A DNA stretch of 63,386 bases, the filler included, from Rhabdomonas costata (Eukaryota), in NCBI GenBank assembly GCA_019059605.1. It is 48 parts of 48 records of this genome, joined end to end, with 100 filler letters (N's around TTAATTAATTAA, not from the genome) between each part and the next. Parts side by side here need not be neighbours in the genome. Positions count along the whole stretch, not along the records: positions 1 to 1,224 come from JAHMHO010022984.1; positions 1,325 to 2,547 come from JAHMHO010022985.1; positions 2,648 to 3,870 come from JAHMHO010022986.1; positions 3,971 to 5,193 come from JAHMHO010022987.1; positions 5,294 to 6,511 come from JAHMHO010022988.1; positions 6,612 to 7,833 come from JAHMHO010022989.1; positions 7,934 to 9,156 come from JAHMHO010022990.1; positions 9,257 to 10,479 come from JAHMHO010022991.1; 40 more parts are not named here. One strand, written 5' to 3'. Below the pieces are notes generated by a model. That model was given only the letters and a program-made list of their open reading frames with translations, had not been told where the DNA came from and ran no database searches. Below are positions 1 to 11,024 of the stretch, in pieces. Position numbers and translations under genes: made by a program. Numbering within the stretch: position 1 is the stretch's first letter; each line of letters begins with the position of its first letter.

Positions 1-170
1 TTTTTATAAAGATTATTAAAATATGTAATTGCTTCATCATTATGATAAATGGTATATTCTTGATAATTATTTATTAAATCTGTAATTGTAGTATTTATAG
101 TATATTCATTTTCAAAATCATGTGTTCCAGCATATTTATCATAAAAAAAATGTGTATTACAACAATTCAT
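1..170 (-). CDS. Partial AT-rich hypothetical protein, divergent from the SWIB gene and running off the contig end
   Basis: Not in the ORF track. ATG at 170-168 reads MNCCNTHFFYDKYAGTHDFENEYTINTTITDLINNYQEYTIYHNDEAITYFNNLYK with no stop to position 1. Confidence 0.5.
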   Translation of the reverse strand, partial: MNCCNTHFFYDKYAGTHDFENEYTINTTITDLINNYQEYTIYHNDEAITYFNNLYK

Positions 171-523
171 ATTGTTTTATTAAAATACAAACTTAAATTT
201 ATTCATATCATTGAATGCACTGAAAAATAAAGTATATATATCTATATAAATTTATTTAATAAATATAATTTTAAAAATTTATTTATTATAATTTTTTTAT
301 TATTTATAACATAAAAATCATAATAGTTCTCGTAAAATAAGATTTTACTAATTTAAAAGTATTTTTATATTATTTTCTTTGAAAATAACATAAAAATAAT
401 TTATAATAAATTTTTATATTTACAATATATATTTTGCTTTAAAAAAAAATATATTTTTTTAATCTATACTCTCAACTTATATAGGCTTAAAGATTAGTAT
501 ATATAATTACAATATTGAAAAAC

Positions 524-1224
524 ATGTCAACATCAAAAAAAGACAAAAAGCAAACCAATACGCAAATGCCCGCTGACGATAAGAACACAACCAAAAATCA
601 AACAGCGAAATCTGCGGAACAGGTAAAAATGGCAACTAAAGAAACAGTTCAACCGACTGAAGCAGACGGTGATTCTGAAATATCAAATATTACAAATGAT
701 TCAACAGAAAATGAAGAAGATAAATTCAAAATTTCATTGAATTCATTAAAAACAAATTTAGCAAAAACAATAAAAGAATTACGAGAAACAAAGAATGCTT
801 TAAAAAAATTAGAAACAATGTACAATCAAGAAGTACATAAAGCATCAAAAAATTATAATAAGAAAAAGAAGACAAGAGATATAAAACCGACAGGTTTTGG
901 TAAATTAAAAGTTGTACCGGATAAATTAGCAAATCTAGTAGGAATTGAAAAAGGTTCAGAAATGTCAAGACCCGAATTCACAAAACAATTTTATAAATTA
1001 TTGGAAGAGCGAAAATTATATTATGAGAAGGATAAACGAGTATTACGTGTTGATAAAGAGATAAGCGAAATTTTAAATATACCAATGGAAGTAAATTCAT
1101 CAACATATTACAAAGATCCAGAAGGATTTAATTTTTATAATGTTCAAAAATATATAGCGAAATGTTATACAGAAGACGAAAAACTACAAAATAGTAAAGC
1201 AGATAAAACAAATAACCCAACACC
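524..1224 (+). CDS. SWIB/MDM2-domain protein, giant-virus (NCLDV) type; 3' partial
   Basis: Low-complexity N-terminus, a coiled coil and a basic patch, then KPTGFGKLKVVPDKLANLVGIEKGSEMSRPEFTKQFYKLLEERKL...DKRVLRVDKEISEIL...FNFYNVQKYIAKCY, the SWIB pattern. Intronless and very AT-rich. ATG at 524 is preferred over TTG at 515. Confidence 0.8.
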
Positions 1225-1324
1225 NNNNNNNNNNNNNNNNNNNNNNNNNNNNNNNNNNNNNNNNNNNNTTAATTAATTAANNNNNNNNNNNNNNNNNNNN
1301 NNNNNNNNNNNNNNNNNNNNNNNN
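1225..1324. other. Artificial contig linker N44-TTAATTAATTAA-N44, repeated 47 times at about 1323-nt spacing up to 62065-62164
   Basis: Identical six-frame-stop 12-mer flanked by N runs; contigs are of near-identical length, as in a size-sorted concatenation. Confidence 0.99.
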
Positions 1325-1339
1325 TGTGTTGTGGTGTTA

Positions 1340-2535
1340 ACACCACACATTGCTAAACCGTTTCCAATTATTAAGGTATTACATGTTGCTTTAGAATACC
1401 GCTTTGCCACATTAGGCGGCGTTGGCACTGTTGCCACACAATTACTTAATGCCCAAAACAAATTTAAAAAAGGCGCCAAATTTGAATCTAGCATTATAAC
1501 GCCATACTATTCATTATTTAATGACGCCACAATGCATGTTGAATATGTCGCCACTGTAGTTCATACTTATAACGACGAGCAAATTAAATCTACTATATAT
1601 TTAAACCGGCATGATGGAAACAAACATTTTCTCGTACGACCTCAAGAAAAATATAGTTATTTATTTGATATTACCAACGTTCACCAAATTTATAGTGTAA
1701 AAGATTTTTTTGTAGAAAGAATCAAGTATTTCAATAGTGCAACAGCTGCATTCATTGTACAATGCCACGATATGTGGGAACATCAAGTTATCCAATTACA
1801 CGAATGGACTACCGCACTAAGTGCTGCATTATTGAAAGAAAAATACCAATTTACCACACCCAAAATAATTTATACCGTACACATCAACAATCTCGACAGA
1901 GGTACTTATGATTATACTCAACTAAACGGTTTGGGGCTAAATTTTACTTATAGGTTCAATAATTACCCTTTTTGTATTCTCAAACAAATGGGGATAATTT
2001 ACGCCGATTATACTGTTGGGGTATCGCAAAACTTACTAACAGAATGTACCACGCTAACACCACAAAAAGCTATTTGTTATGAAGAAAAATTATTAACCCA
2101 AACATTTTTTTTAGAAAAACTCGCTAAAAATTCTAGCTGGATTTTAAATGGTATTAATTATCAAAAATATTGCCCTATAGGTAAATTAATTTATAATCCT
2201 AAAGATTTATTTTCCGGTAAACAATCGCTTAAAGAACGGCTCGCTAAAGAATTAACTGGGGATTCTACTTGGCAAATTGACCCCAAATTACCAATGATCT
2301 TATATGTTGGCAGGTTTTCTCCAGAAAAAGGTATAGATCGTTTTAAAGATCTTATTACCATAATTAATAATAGAGCAATATTTTTTGCCATTGGCAAAGG
2401 CATAACACCAGAATTATTACAAGTAATAAGCACCTACAGTAGACGACAAAACAATGTTTTTATAACCTTTAGCGAAGCAGAACAAGAAAAATATGGCACT
2501 ATGATGCGGGCTGCTGCCGACTTTACTTTTGTACC
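1340..2535 (+). CDS. glgA: Glycogen/starch synthase-like glycosyltransferase (GT5), bacterial type; partial at both ends
   Basis: KVLHVALEY..TLGGVG (cf. VLHVCSE..KTGGLA), IITPYY, QLHEWTTAL (HDW), YTVHI, GVSQ, ILNGINY, YVGRFSPEKGID (RLxxQKG), AAADFTFVP. Intronless and AT-rich. Confidence 0.8.
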
Positions 2536-2649
2536 ACCAACACAACCNNNNNNNNNNNNNNNNNNNNNNNNNNNNNNNNNNNNNNNNNNNNTTAATTAAT
2601 TAANNNNNNNNNNNNNNNNNNNNNNNNNNNNNNNNNNNNNNNNNNNNGC

Positions 2650-3734
2650 TTGGTGGTCTTTCGGAAGCCCGCCTCAGAGACCACTGAAGAGGACGTCTCC
2701 CATCTGATCGGGCTGCTGCGCGAGGCCGGCTCGCTGCAGTACACCCTGGACGTGCTGGTGGGGCTGGCGGAGCGGATTTTCGGGAGCTGTGCGATGCTGA
2801 AGCAGCACGGCTACGACAGCAGCGTGATGAGGTCCCTTATCTTCACCTCCAATGGGCACCCATTCCTTGCACAGTGTGCTTTGAGTCCTGGAGCCTGCGG
2901 CTGTCAGGTGACAGTTGAATGCACTTGTTATAACGGATTCGATTTGTGTGAGTGAGTTCTGCAATGGGCTGTTTTTGATGTGCCCGATGGAATATGCGGA
3001 AACACAGTCTTGAGCAGGGGTGGACCCAGAACGGTTTCTGTGTGGAAGCTGTGCTACTACTGCTTTCTTTTCCATTCCTCCTTTCGCCCTTCGGACACAC
3101 ACATACACACACAGCACGTGGTTCACCAACTTGGCCTCGGGCACTGACAACTTGGTGCTGCCCATCCCGGACCCGGCGAAGTGCCCGTTCAAGGTTTCCT
3201 TTTCGCTCTCCCACTCTAACACGACGTACTGATCATCATTTCATTTACACCCGTAGTTACCGACATGATCACTCCATTGGAAGCCTTCGGTTTATGCCAC
3301 CGTATTGCATTTGTCGGCCTGATTCAGGTTTGGGGAGGGGGGCTTATGATCACTCTTTTGTGTGGATTTGCACCCGCTGCTGGGGGATTGCGCTTTCCTC
3401 ATCTTTGCAGGACCAAAAAGAATTTGGCTGGTCCTTAAGTCAGTTCCTCATCATGCTGTTATGTATAAGATGCAGGCGTCCATTGGCTTCCAACCGATTG
3501 TTGGAATTGCAATGGTCAGCACGCACGCACCACCGGCAGGTGACCTCCACTGCCGGGGAAGGGGTGGCCTCGGTGACCCCCGTGGACAGCCCCTCGAGCA
3601 GCAGCAAGCTGGCCGTCAGCATCCCCGTGCCCATGCCCGCTGCTGAGATGACCCTGGTTCAGAAGCTATGCTTCCAGGTCCTTGAGCTCGACCTCACCAC
3701 CAACCTGGGGGACATCGACAGAGTGATTCGCCAG
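2650..3734 (+). CDS. Spliced gene fragment: C-terminal helices of a trans-isoprenyl diphosphate (polyprenyl/GGPP) synthase plus an extension; exons about 2650-2831, 3115-3193, 3540-3734
   Basis: FRKPASETTEEDVSHLIGLLREAGSLQYTLDVLVGLAERI resembles the GS(I/L/F)EY(A/T) C-terminal segment of polyprenyl synthases. GT-AG junctions keep the frame. Confidence 0.5.
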
Positions 3735-4850
3735 GTCCTCTGGCGCCCTTTGGGGTTTTACACCGAAAGCCCTTGTTTGCGTTCTGCTCTCTCTCTTTTG
3801 ACTTGAGACGGTGAGAAGAAAAAGAAATCCCATTGTTATGCCTTGAGTATCCGTGCATATCCACAAAACANNNNNNNNNNNNNNNNNNNNNNNNNNNNNN
3901 NNNNNNNNNNNNNNTTAATTAATTAANNNNNNNNNNNNNNNNNNNNNNNNNNNNNNNNNNNNNNNNNNNNAGTAGGCATCACGGGTGGCGTCGGCCAAGC
4001 ACCGACTTTCCAGGTTGTTCGCAAATGTCTCCTGAGAGAATCACAAAGAACTCAAGGGCAACGACAGACGAAATCTCGTAACCGTAAAAGTGCACACGAG
4101 TCGCGTTTCTTGTGAACTCTCTCGTTCTGGAAGTGTTCATAGCACCATTGCAAGTTTACAACGATCCCCTCTCTTGGTGCTCATGATAAGCCAAGCTCTG
4201 CTTCGACAGGGTATTTCCACGGATCTGTTTCGAATTTGCAACAAGACAAATCCTGCTCGCTGCCGGCAACCTAAAACTCACCGAAAACCACGTCATCCTT
4301 TCCTACACATCGGGACAACCAAGCTCAAAGAACGACCCTTCCTTCTTGACACGCAAACATGGGGGAAGGCAGGGTGCTGTAAAAAAAAAAGCATAGCACA
4401 GCACGCAGGTCACCGCTGTCTTTTACAAACTGAGCTGGGTGCAAAGGCAACCTCCCGTCCAAACACTAGTACGGATACTAGCAGTCGGCTCGAATCCTTA
4501 TTTACAATCTAACACGCTGGTCTCGCTCAGGCGTGGTGTTGAAGGCAACACTGGCCCCACCCAACCAGGACTTCCCTGTGGAACATTGTCTCTCTTGAAT
4601 GACCGAAGTCTCGTTCCGTGGCGATACTTGGTATGACGGCGGGGAAGCTCTTACGTTCACACACACTGAATTGCGCGGATGGATTGGCATCCTTTCGCAG
4701 GGAATGCTGTCTTTTCTGTTGGTACAGCCTGTTCCACCGCCTCGCTGGTGGCGTGCGTGGCCCGCACGGATTTCACACCGTGCACAGGGCGCGACAGCTT
4801 AAAGTTCACACACATACATACAATTTCTGTGTTAATGTGTGAAAAAGCAC

Positions 4851-5099
4851 CTTGAGATCTGCAGTGCGCTCCAGGATGCGGATCTGGCGATCCCTGGCGT
4901 CAATGGCCAGGCTTTGCACTCGGAGCTTTTCCAGCAGGTCCGCACGCTCCTCCCGCCAGGAGGGATTCTCCCTCGCGGGTGTGGGTGCGGACTTCTTTAC
5001 CGGGGTCGCCCTTGGGGGGGCCTCCCCAGGACCCCCTGGGTGTACGGCGGTCTGCTGCAGGAAGGCCGTCAGGGGGGCAGATATGGCAGTGCACTCGGC
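4851..5099 (-). CDS. Exon of an unknown coiled-coil protein
   Basis: GC-rich block bounded by TTTTGCAG and GTGCTT, encoding ...SWREERADLLEKLRVQSLAIDARDRQIRILERTADLK. Confidence 0.5.
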
Positions 5100-5512
5100 C
5101 TGCAAAACAGGAAAGCAAGAAAATCAGACCAAACGAGCGAACAAACACCTACGTACATTCGCCATTCGCTGCAAGGATGGACACACCAACAAANNNNNNN
5201 NNNNNNNNNNNNNNNNNNNNNNNNNNNNNNNNNNNNNTTAATTAATTAANNNNNNNNNNNNNNNNNNNNNNNNNNNNNNNNNNNNNNNNNNNNTTTTCAA
5301 GGTTACGTTGTCCTTCAACTCTGAACCGAACGTCCCTCCTGTCCATGAAACCCCCCTGGAGAAACGAGCACTTCTCGAGTAGAGAGAATCTTTCTAGGCG
5401 CCCTTCTCGGGAGCATGCGGGATCCTTTACAAACACTCATCCTCCTGCTCGAAGGTCATAAGGAAACCCCACCAGCGAAATTAGAAAGCACGAAACAAAG
5501 GCTGACACATGC

Positions 5513-6250
5513 CTTGATTGACGCGATCGCCGAGCTCTTCCCCGAACCGCATCTTGCACTGAGCGAGGAAGGAGCTGCTCTGGTACCGCTCAATGTCACG
5601 GTTCACCTCTAATTACCAAACACATAAAACAGAAAAGAGAGAGAGATACGGAGAGCTCGTGCAAAAAGTGAATGGCTGTGATCAAACCAAAAAAAATGGA
5701 AGCAGCTCGGAACAGCCCTCAGGTGAATTCGCGGCAAAAAAGTAACCAACTTGCAGAAACTCATTGGTCCATTCTTTATCGCCTCAAACTAATTAATTAA
5801 TTAATTATGGAAAGGTTGATGCAGGTCGTAACTGATGTAATGCTCCACGGATCCGTGGTATCCTCGGATTGGGCCGGAGCGGGCTGGCGGGGCTTTCTCT
5901 TTACTCATTTGGATGATTGGAATTGTCATTTGGAATAATTCAATAGGATCTTGCTGCCACTACCACCGGTTACCATTAATTACTACGGTACCCTCAACGT
6001 GCCAAAACCAATGCCTCAATCCCTTTACCTTAGGTTGGCGTGCCTCTCGCAAGGCATTATCTTTCTCTTGCCCAAGGTCGACACAGATGAAGGGCTCGGC
6101 GTGGGGGGGGGGGCTGCACCCGCGGTCTCGTGGTTACCACGCAGCAGGAACACAGAGTCTGGCGCGATACACTTCATCGCCAGAAGCATAGCTGCCACCT
6201 CCGTGCCCGCCGCGCCACGGTCCACATAGTCCCCCAAAAACAGCAACCGC
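5513..6250 (-). CDS. PPP-family Ser/Thr protein phosphatase; exons 6250-6120 and 5608 to about 5513
   Basis: [10 protein letters not shown] and LLRGNHE motifs. The splice G|AG continues as [30 protein letters not shown]. Confidence 0.9.
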
Positions 6251-7976
6251 CTGTGAGGACCGGCGATCCACAACTACCAACCGCAGTTACCAATCGCCTC
6301 CAACCAAAACCAACCGTCGCTGACTGCCACCCGCCAACCTGCCGCGACCGGTCGGACCATCCAACAACAGCACAAAATAGCAAAACGAAAGGCGGTGCGT
6401 GGTACAAAATGCTGTAGAAACAACAACCCTTGCGTCAGGGTATATGCTCGGCGTCGTTTACCTAACAGTCTAGATGCAAGGGTTGTTGTTTCTACAGCAT
6501 TTCGGTTTGCANNNNNNNNNNNNNNNNNNNNNNNNNNNNNNNNNNNNNNNNNNNNTTAATTAATTAANNNNNNNNNNNNNNNNNNNNNNNNNNNNNNNNN
6601 NNNNNNNNNNNGGGTGTTGTGGTATGAATTCGTGCGAAGGGCTGAACATTGTACTTTTGCATGTGTGTCGCGTGGTGGCGGTGGTGGTGTCAAAAGTTTG
6701 AAGCACTGAGAAGCGTGCAACACTGCAAATTTTTTGGTGGCCGAGTTGGACTTTGCCTGAAGTGGGAAGACCCGAACAATAACATTTTCGGTCACGTTTT
6801 TCTTTCAAGAGCACATGCGAGTCTTTTTTTTTGGCGCACTGTATGAAAAAATTAACGCCAAACGGTCCCCGCTTCTGCCTCAAAAACCCATTGTGGTTAT
6901 TTCCGCAAGGTGGGTCAAGAAATCGGGGCCAGCCTTTACATGCATTTGGTTTGGCAAAAAGTAGGTAAGATATTACGGGCCACCTTAAAAGTAAGAGTTT
7001 TTGAGATGTACTTCAAAGGGGGCGTTTTTACCTTACAAGCCGTATTTCCCTGTGAAAAAGTCTGCTGTGGAATGTCAGCTAAAAGGTTGCATTTGAACGG
7101 CACGGTTGTTGGGAAAAGGTATCTTTGCAAACGGCGCACTGGAAAGGCGACATAGTGACATGTTTTTCTCTCATGGTGCGTTTTGAGGAATTTTTCAGCC
7201 CTTTCCGGACATATAAAACGACCTCATGAGTGTGATCACATCTCGCCTTTGAGGTTCCGTGGTCAGTTTTTGCAGAATTATAGTTTCGGCTGTCACTTGA
7301 CGCCCGCCGTATGACTGGCGTCACCTTGGAAGTAAGAGGTAAGTTTAGAAAGATCAAAGGAGGAGTTCGAAAACAGACAAAACCAAGATGCTCTGGGAAA
7401 CCAGTTTTCAACACCCGTTTTATCCCCCAGCTAGAAGCATTTCATGGAGTCAGAAAATCTGTGGCAGTCTGACACTGCGAAACGCCCCCGCCCTCCGATA
7501 CGGCTCAGAGGCGATACAATTGATTGGATGGAGATTGGGACTCTCAGCCTCACCTCATGGGGCAGCAGAGATCCGAGAAACGGGTCCAGCGCAGGGGCGC
7601 CGGGCCTGGAAGGCGTGTTGAGCTTGTCCTGAGCGGTGAGAAAACGTAGAGCAAGATTCTGACTGGTGTTTCAAGGAAGTATACATAGCGTTCGTTGAAG
7701 AAGACCACCGTTGCAGTTTGCGGAAGCCGCGAACCCATGACTGCAGGAATGAAGACGTTAATGGATAGCACAGATACGCAATGAAAACCAGTGGACGACG
7801 TGTCCCATTCCCCCTTTCGCCGCCCCACAACACNNNNNNNNNNNNNNNNNNNNNNNNNNNNNNNNNNNNNNNNNNNNTTAATTAATTAANNNNNNNNNNN
7901 NNNNNNNNNNNNNNNNNNNNNNNNNNNNNNNNNTGTGGGTGGGTGTGTGCTTCAATTGCTAACTTCTTCGGTTCAG

Positions 7977-8651
7977 GTCAAGCCTGTGCTGCCCACTCCC
8001 CGGCTGACGCGGAGGGATATTGAGAAGCTTCAGGACCCTGAGACGTATGTGGCCCCTTATTGCCCACATTCGCATTTTGATGCTTCCCCCCCCTTTCCCG
8101 TGGATCTCACCGTCCGCTTGAATGCAGCACAAAAATCTTGCCATTTTCGAAATGAGTCGTTTCAGATGGAAAGGTTGCCTTCGTGTGGTTCGCAATTCTT
8201 GAGTTCTGGTTTCTGATTCCTTGCTTTCTGGGTGTGCCCTTGAAAGTTATCATTGCGCCCCGGGTGATCACATTTCTGTAGATATGCTTGGTTAGTAAAT
8301 TTGCATGTGGAAGGAATACTGGAGAGAGGGTTTTCCTGCGTGTACGAGTATGACAGTAATCCATCGTGCGTGGAATCCCGAATACTACGCTTGCGTGTTA
8401 AGATAGCCCTTGCCTAACTGCAAAGTTAGGTTTATTCTGAAGCTAACGTCGCAAGTTTTTGACGAGAATGGTGATCAGAATGTTATCACTGGTATTCGGT
8501 CCCGGTGGGGCTGAAATAGTCAGTTCACGACGTAGTGCCCAACGGCTGTGGCCGTGGGGGCTTTTCAGGATTGAGTTCCTGACCAAGAACCGGCAGAGCT
8601 TGGCAAAGTTCATCAACCTAAACAGCATGGAGCGATCTTTCTCCAGCGCAG
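7977..8651 (+). CDS. Two exons of an unknown protein (7977-8044, 8569-8651)
   Basis: AG/GT-bounded and frame-compatible: VKPVLPTPRLTRRDIEKLQDPET / IEFLTKNRQSLAKFINLNSMERSFSSA. Confidence 0.45.
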
Positions 8652-9778
8652 GTGCGTGAGGTTCGTATCACGATGTTCGGTTACATCGCAGGGTTTTTTC
8701 AGAGGACCCAATTCCCCGGTAGTGCATGCTGCTTGCCTGTGAGCTTTCCTGTTGAATATCCACTGAGGTCCATTTCAATGTGTTGTACATGGGTGTTTGG
8801 TAGCGGTTCCATTGGCAACTGTTACCATCCCCCCACGCATCACACACGTGTATTTTGTGCCCTCCACCCTTGCCTTGTTCCTCTTACTGAATGCAATCTT
8901 CGCAAGGAGCACAAAAATCCACCACTCCTCCTCTCCAAGAAGCAATAATTGGGGCATCTATTCAACACCGACAACGCTCAACATTGGTTCTTTCGGGAAG
9001 ATTCTATCAAAGCGCTTCATCTTTTCTATCTTTTTTGAACATCGTAAGACTTATTGTCGGGGTGCATTTCGACCGTCACGTTCGCTTCATATTATCACAC
9101 AATTTCTATACCTTGAATTTAAGTTGAGTTAATGTCGCTCCCTCCCCCCCACCCACNNNNNNNNNNNNNNNNNNNNNNNNNNNNNNNNNNNNNNNNNNNN
9201 TTAATTAATTAANNNNNNNNNNNNNNNNNNNNNNNNNNNNNNNNNNNNNNNNNNNNGGTGTTTGGTGCTGACACCGAATCTTAAGGGTGTCCAAAATGTG
9301 TGAGTCCCGTCGTCTCTGCGGTATTGCTGCCACATTCCTCTACCACCTCCTGTTCTCACGCAGATCTTTGGAAGCTGGAGGCAAGAGATTGGATTCAGCT
9401 GTTTCCCTCCGGTACATCTTATCTGTTTCCTTCGAAAAATTTTGTTTTTTTCTGCTCCGGTTGCACGAGTAAATAGCACAGAAAACAGGTCCACGGGAGA
9501 CAAAAGGGTCAAAAGGGTCAAGCCAGCGTTCAAAGTTGCCAGAGGTTTGGCGCACAACAAATTGCTTCTGGCGGGTGGGCAAAGAATAGGTGAAAGAAAC
9601 AATGTGCTGCAGAAAAAGGTGGAAAACATCCCCACCCCGCCCGCGCCCGAACTGGTGTGTCTTAGGAACTCTGAGAGAGAGAGAAAGACAGATGAGAGCG
9701 AGAGAGAACGAGCGAGCCGCAACGATCCGGAAAGGGAAAAATGGACACGCACATGGATGGGCAGAGGGGTAGCACAAC

Positions 9779-10470
9779 CTCGCAGCACTTCTGCCCAGCG
9801 AGCAGGTCAATGAAGTGCTGCTTCGAGGTCCGCACGTTGGAGTTGGGGTTGTGGCACTCCGTGTTCACCATCATGATGGACATCACCAGCAGGTACAGCC
9901 CGTCCGTGTCAAAGGCCATGCTGTTGTCCTCGTTGAACTTCACCGCGAAGGGCTCCAGAAGCCTATAAAAAGCCGAAACCTCACTCTCCTCCACTGTCCC
10001 ACTGTCCACATCCTTGTTGTATGTGCTTTGGATAATGTAATGCCACTGTTTAATATTTGCAACGTGAGAGTGCGTGAGTGTATGTTTTGAGGACAGAAAA
10101 GCGCCGGCTGGCGCGGGGGTGCTTCCTCGGCCCTTCATCATCATTGCTGTGGCGTGGCGCACATGCCCCTTAACAACAACAGTTACTTGCATGTCTGCGC
10201 CATGCGGGTGCAGCAAGTTAGCAGTCGAGAGTGTTCTTCAACTTTTATTTGCCCACGTAAGCCTGGCGGCAAGTTAAAATAGGAAAAGGCAAGCCTCCAC
10301 GTACACCAAGCCTCCGCTTTGCGAGCAGTTCAGACCTCTGAACGATCTGACCCTCGCCTTGAATCCGGAAGGAGGTCATGAACTCACGCACCGCTGCGTC
10401 CACGTCGCGGTCCTTGAAATTGAACATCTTCAGGTACTGGTGGAAGACGTCCAGGTGAAACTCCTGCCCC
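9779..10470 (-). CDS. Sec7-domain ARF guanine-nucleotide exchange factor; exons about 10470-10336 and 9962-9779
   Basis: YLKMFNFKDRDVDAAVREFMTSFRIQGEGQIVQR|LLEPFA...DGLYLLVMSIMMVNTECHNPN corresponds to Sec7 motifs FRLPGEAQKIDR and LNTDLHN. Confidence 0.88.
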
Positions 10471-10589
10471 ACCCCCACCNNNNNNNNNNNNNNNNNNNNN
10501 NNNNNNNNNNNNNNNNNNNNNNNTTAATTAATTAANNNNNNNNNNNNNNNNNNNNNNNNNNNNNNNNNNNNNNNNNNNNGTTTTTGGTG

Positions 10590-11024
10590 TAGCTGGCGCT
10601 CAGCGGAATATACGCATAGGGGTCCGGCAGGCCCTCCTTCACCACATCCCCTGTCGCCTGTGCCACCCACGACACACAGCACCACATAATTTTCCATTTC
10701 ATCTTTGTGAAAACAATGTCGATCCGATGCCGCATCACAGTCGACAGCGACAAGCCGTTGTTGCAGCCACACATCTTGCTGATCACTTCCCACCACCACA
10801 GCTGTTTGCTAGGAAGCCCATCGCGGGGAAAGCCGAAGATGATCTTCAAGAAATTTGCGCACGATGCGATCGCACGGAGACTTCATCAATGGATAAAGTG
10901 ATGGCCTAGGGAGAGGGCGCATGCCCTCTTGGCGCGGAACTGCTCCCCAGTGACGATCATCTGCTGTAGACCTTCCAGTCGACGACGTTTCACATGACTG
11001 TCCCGAAGCTTCTGTCCGATTGGC
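10590..11024 (-). CDS. RRP12: RRP12-like ribosome biogenesis protein, C-terminal exons (11024-10925, 10657 to contig end); possible 19-nt micro-exon at 11155-11137
   Basis: The spliced peptide [29 protein letters not shown] matches the RRP12 C-terminal motif [25 protein letters not shown]. Confidence 0.8.

Noticed and set aside
461-495. TCTA and TTAAAGA motifs upstream of the SWIB gene as a viral late promoter
   Set aside because: Too short to be meaningful in such AT-rich DNA without an enrichment test.
1325-1340. Hydrophobic N-terminus (CVVVL) on the glycogen synthase suggesting a secretion signal
   Set aside because: It is encoded by the G/T-only primer-like head; the terminal PPTQ likewise comes from the A/C tail.
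5790-5807. TAATTAATTAATTAATTA resembling the linker
   Set aside because: No flanking Ns; it is a (TAAT)n microsatellite inside the phosphatase intron.
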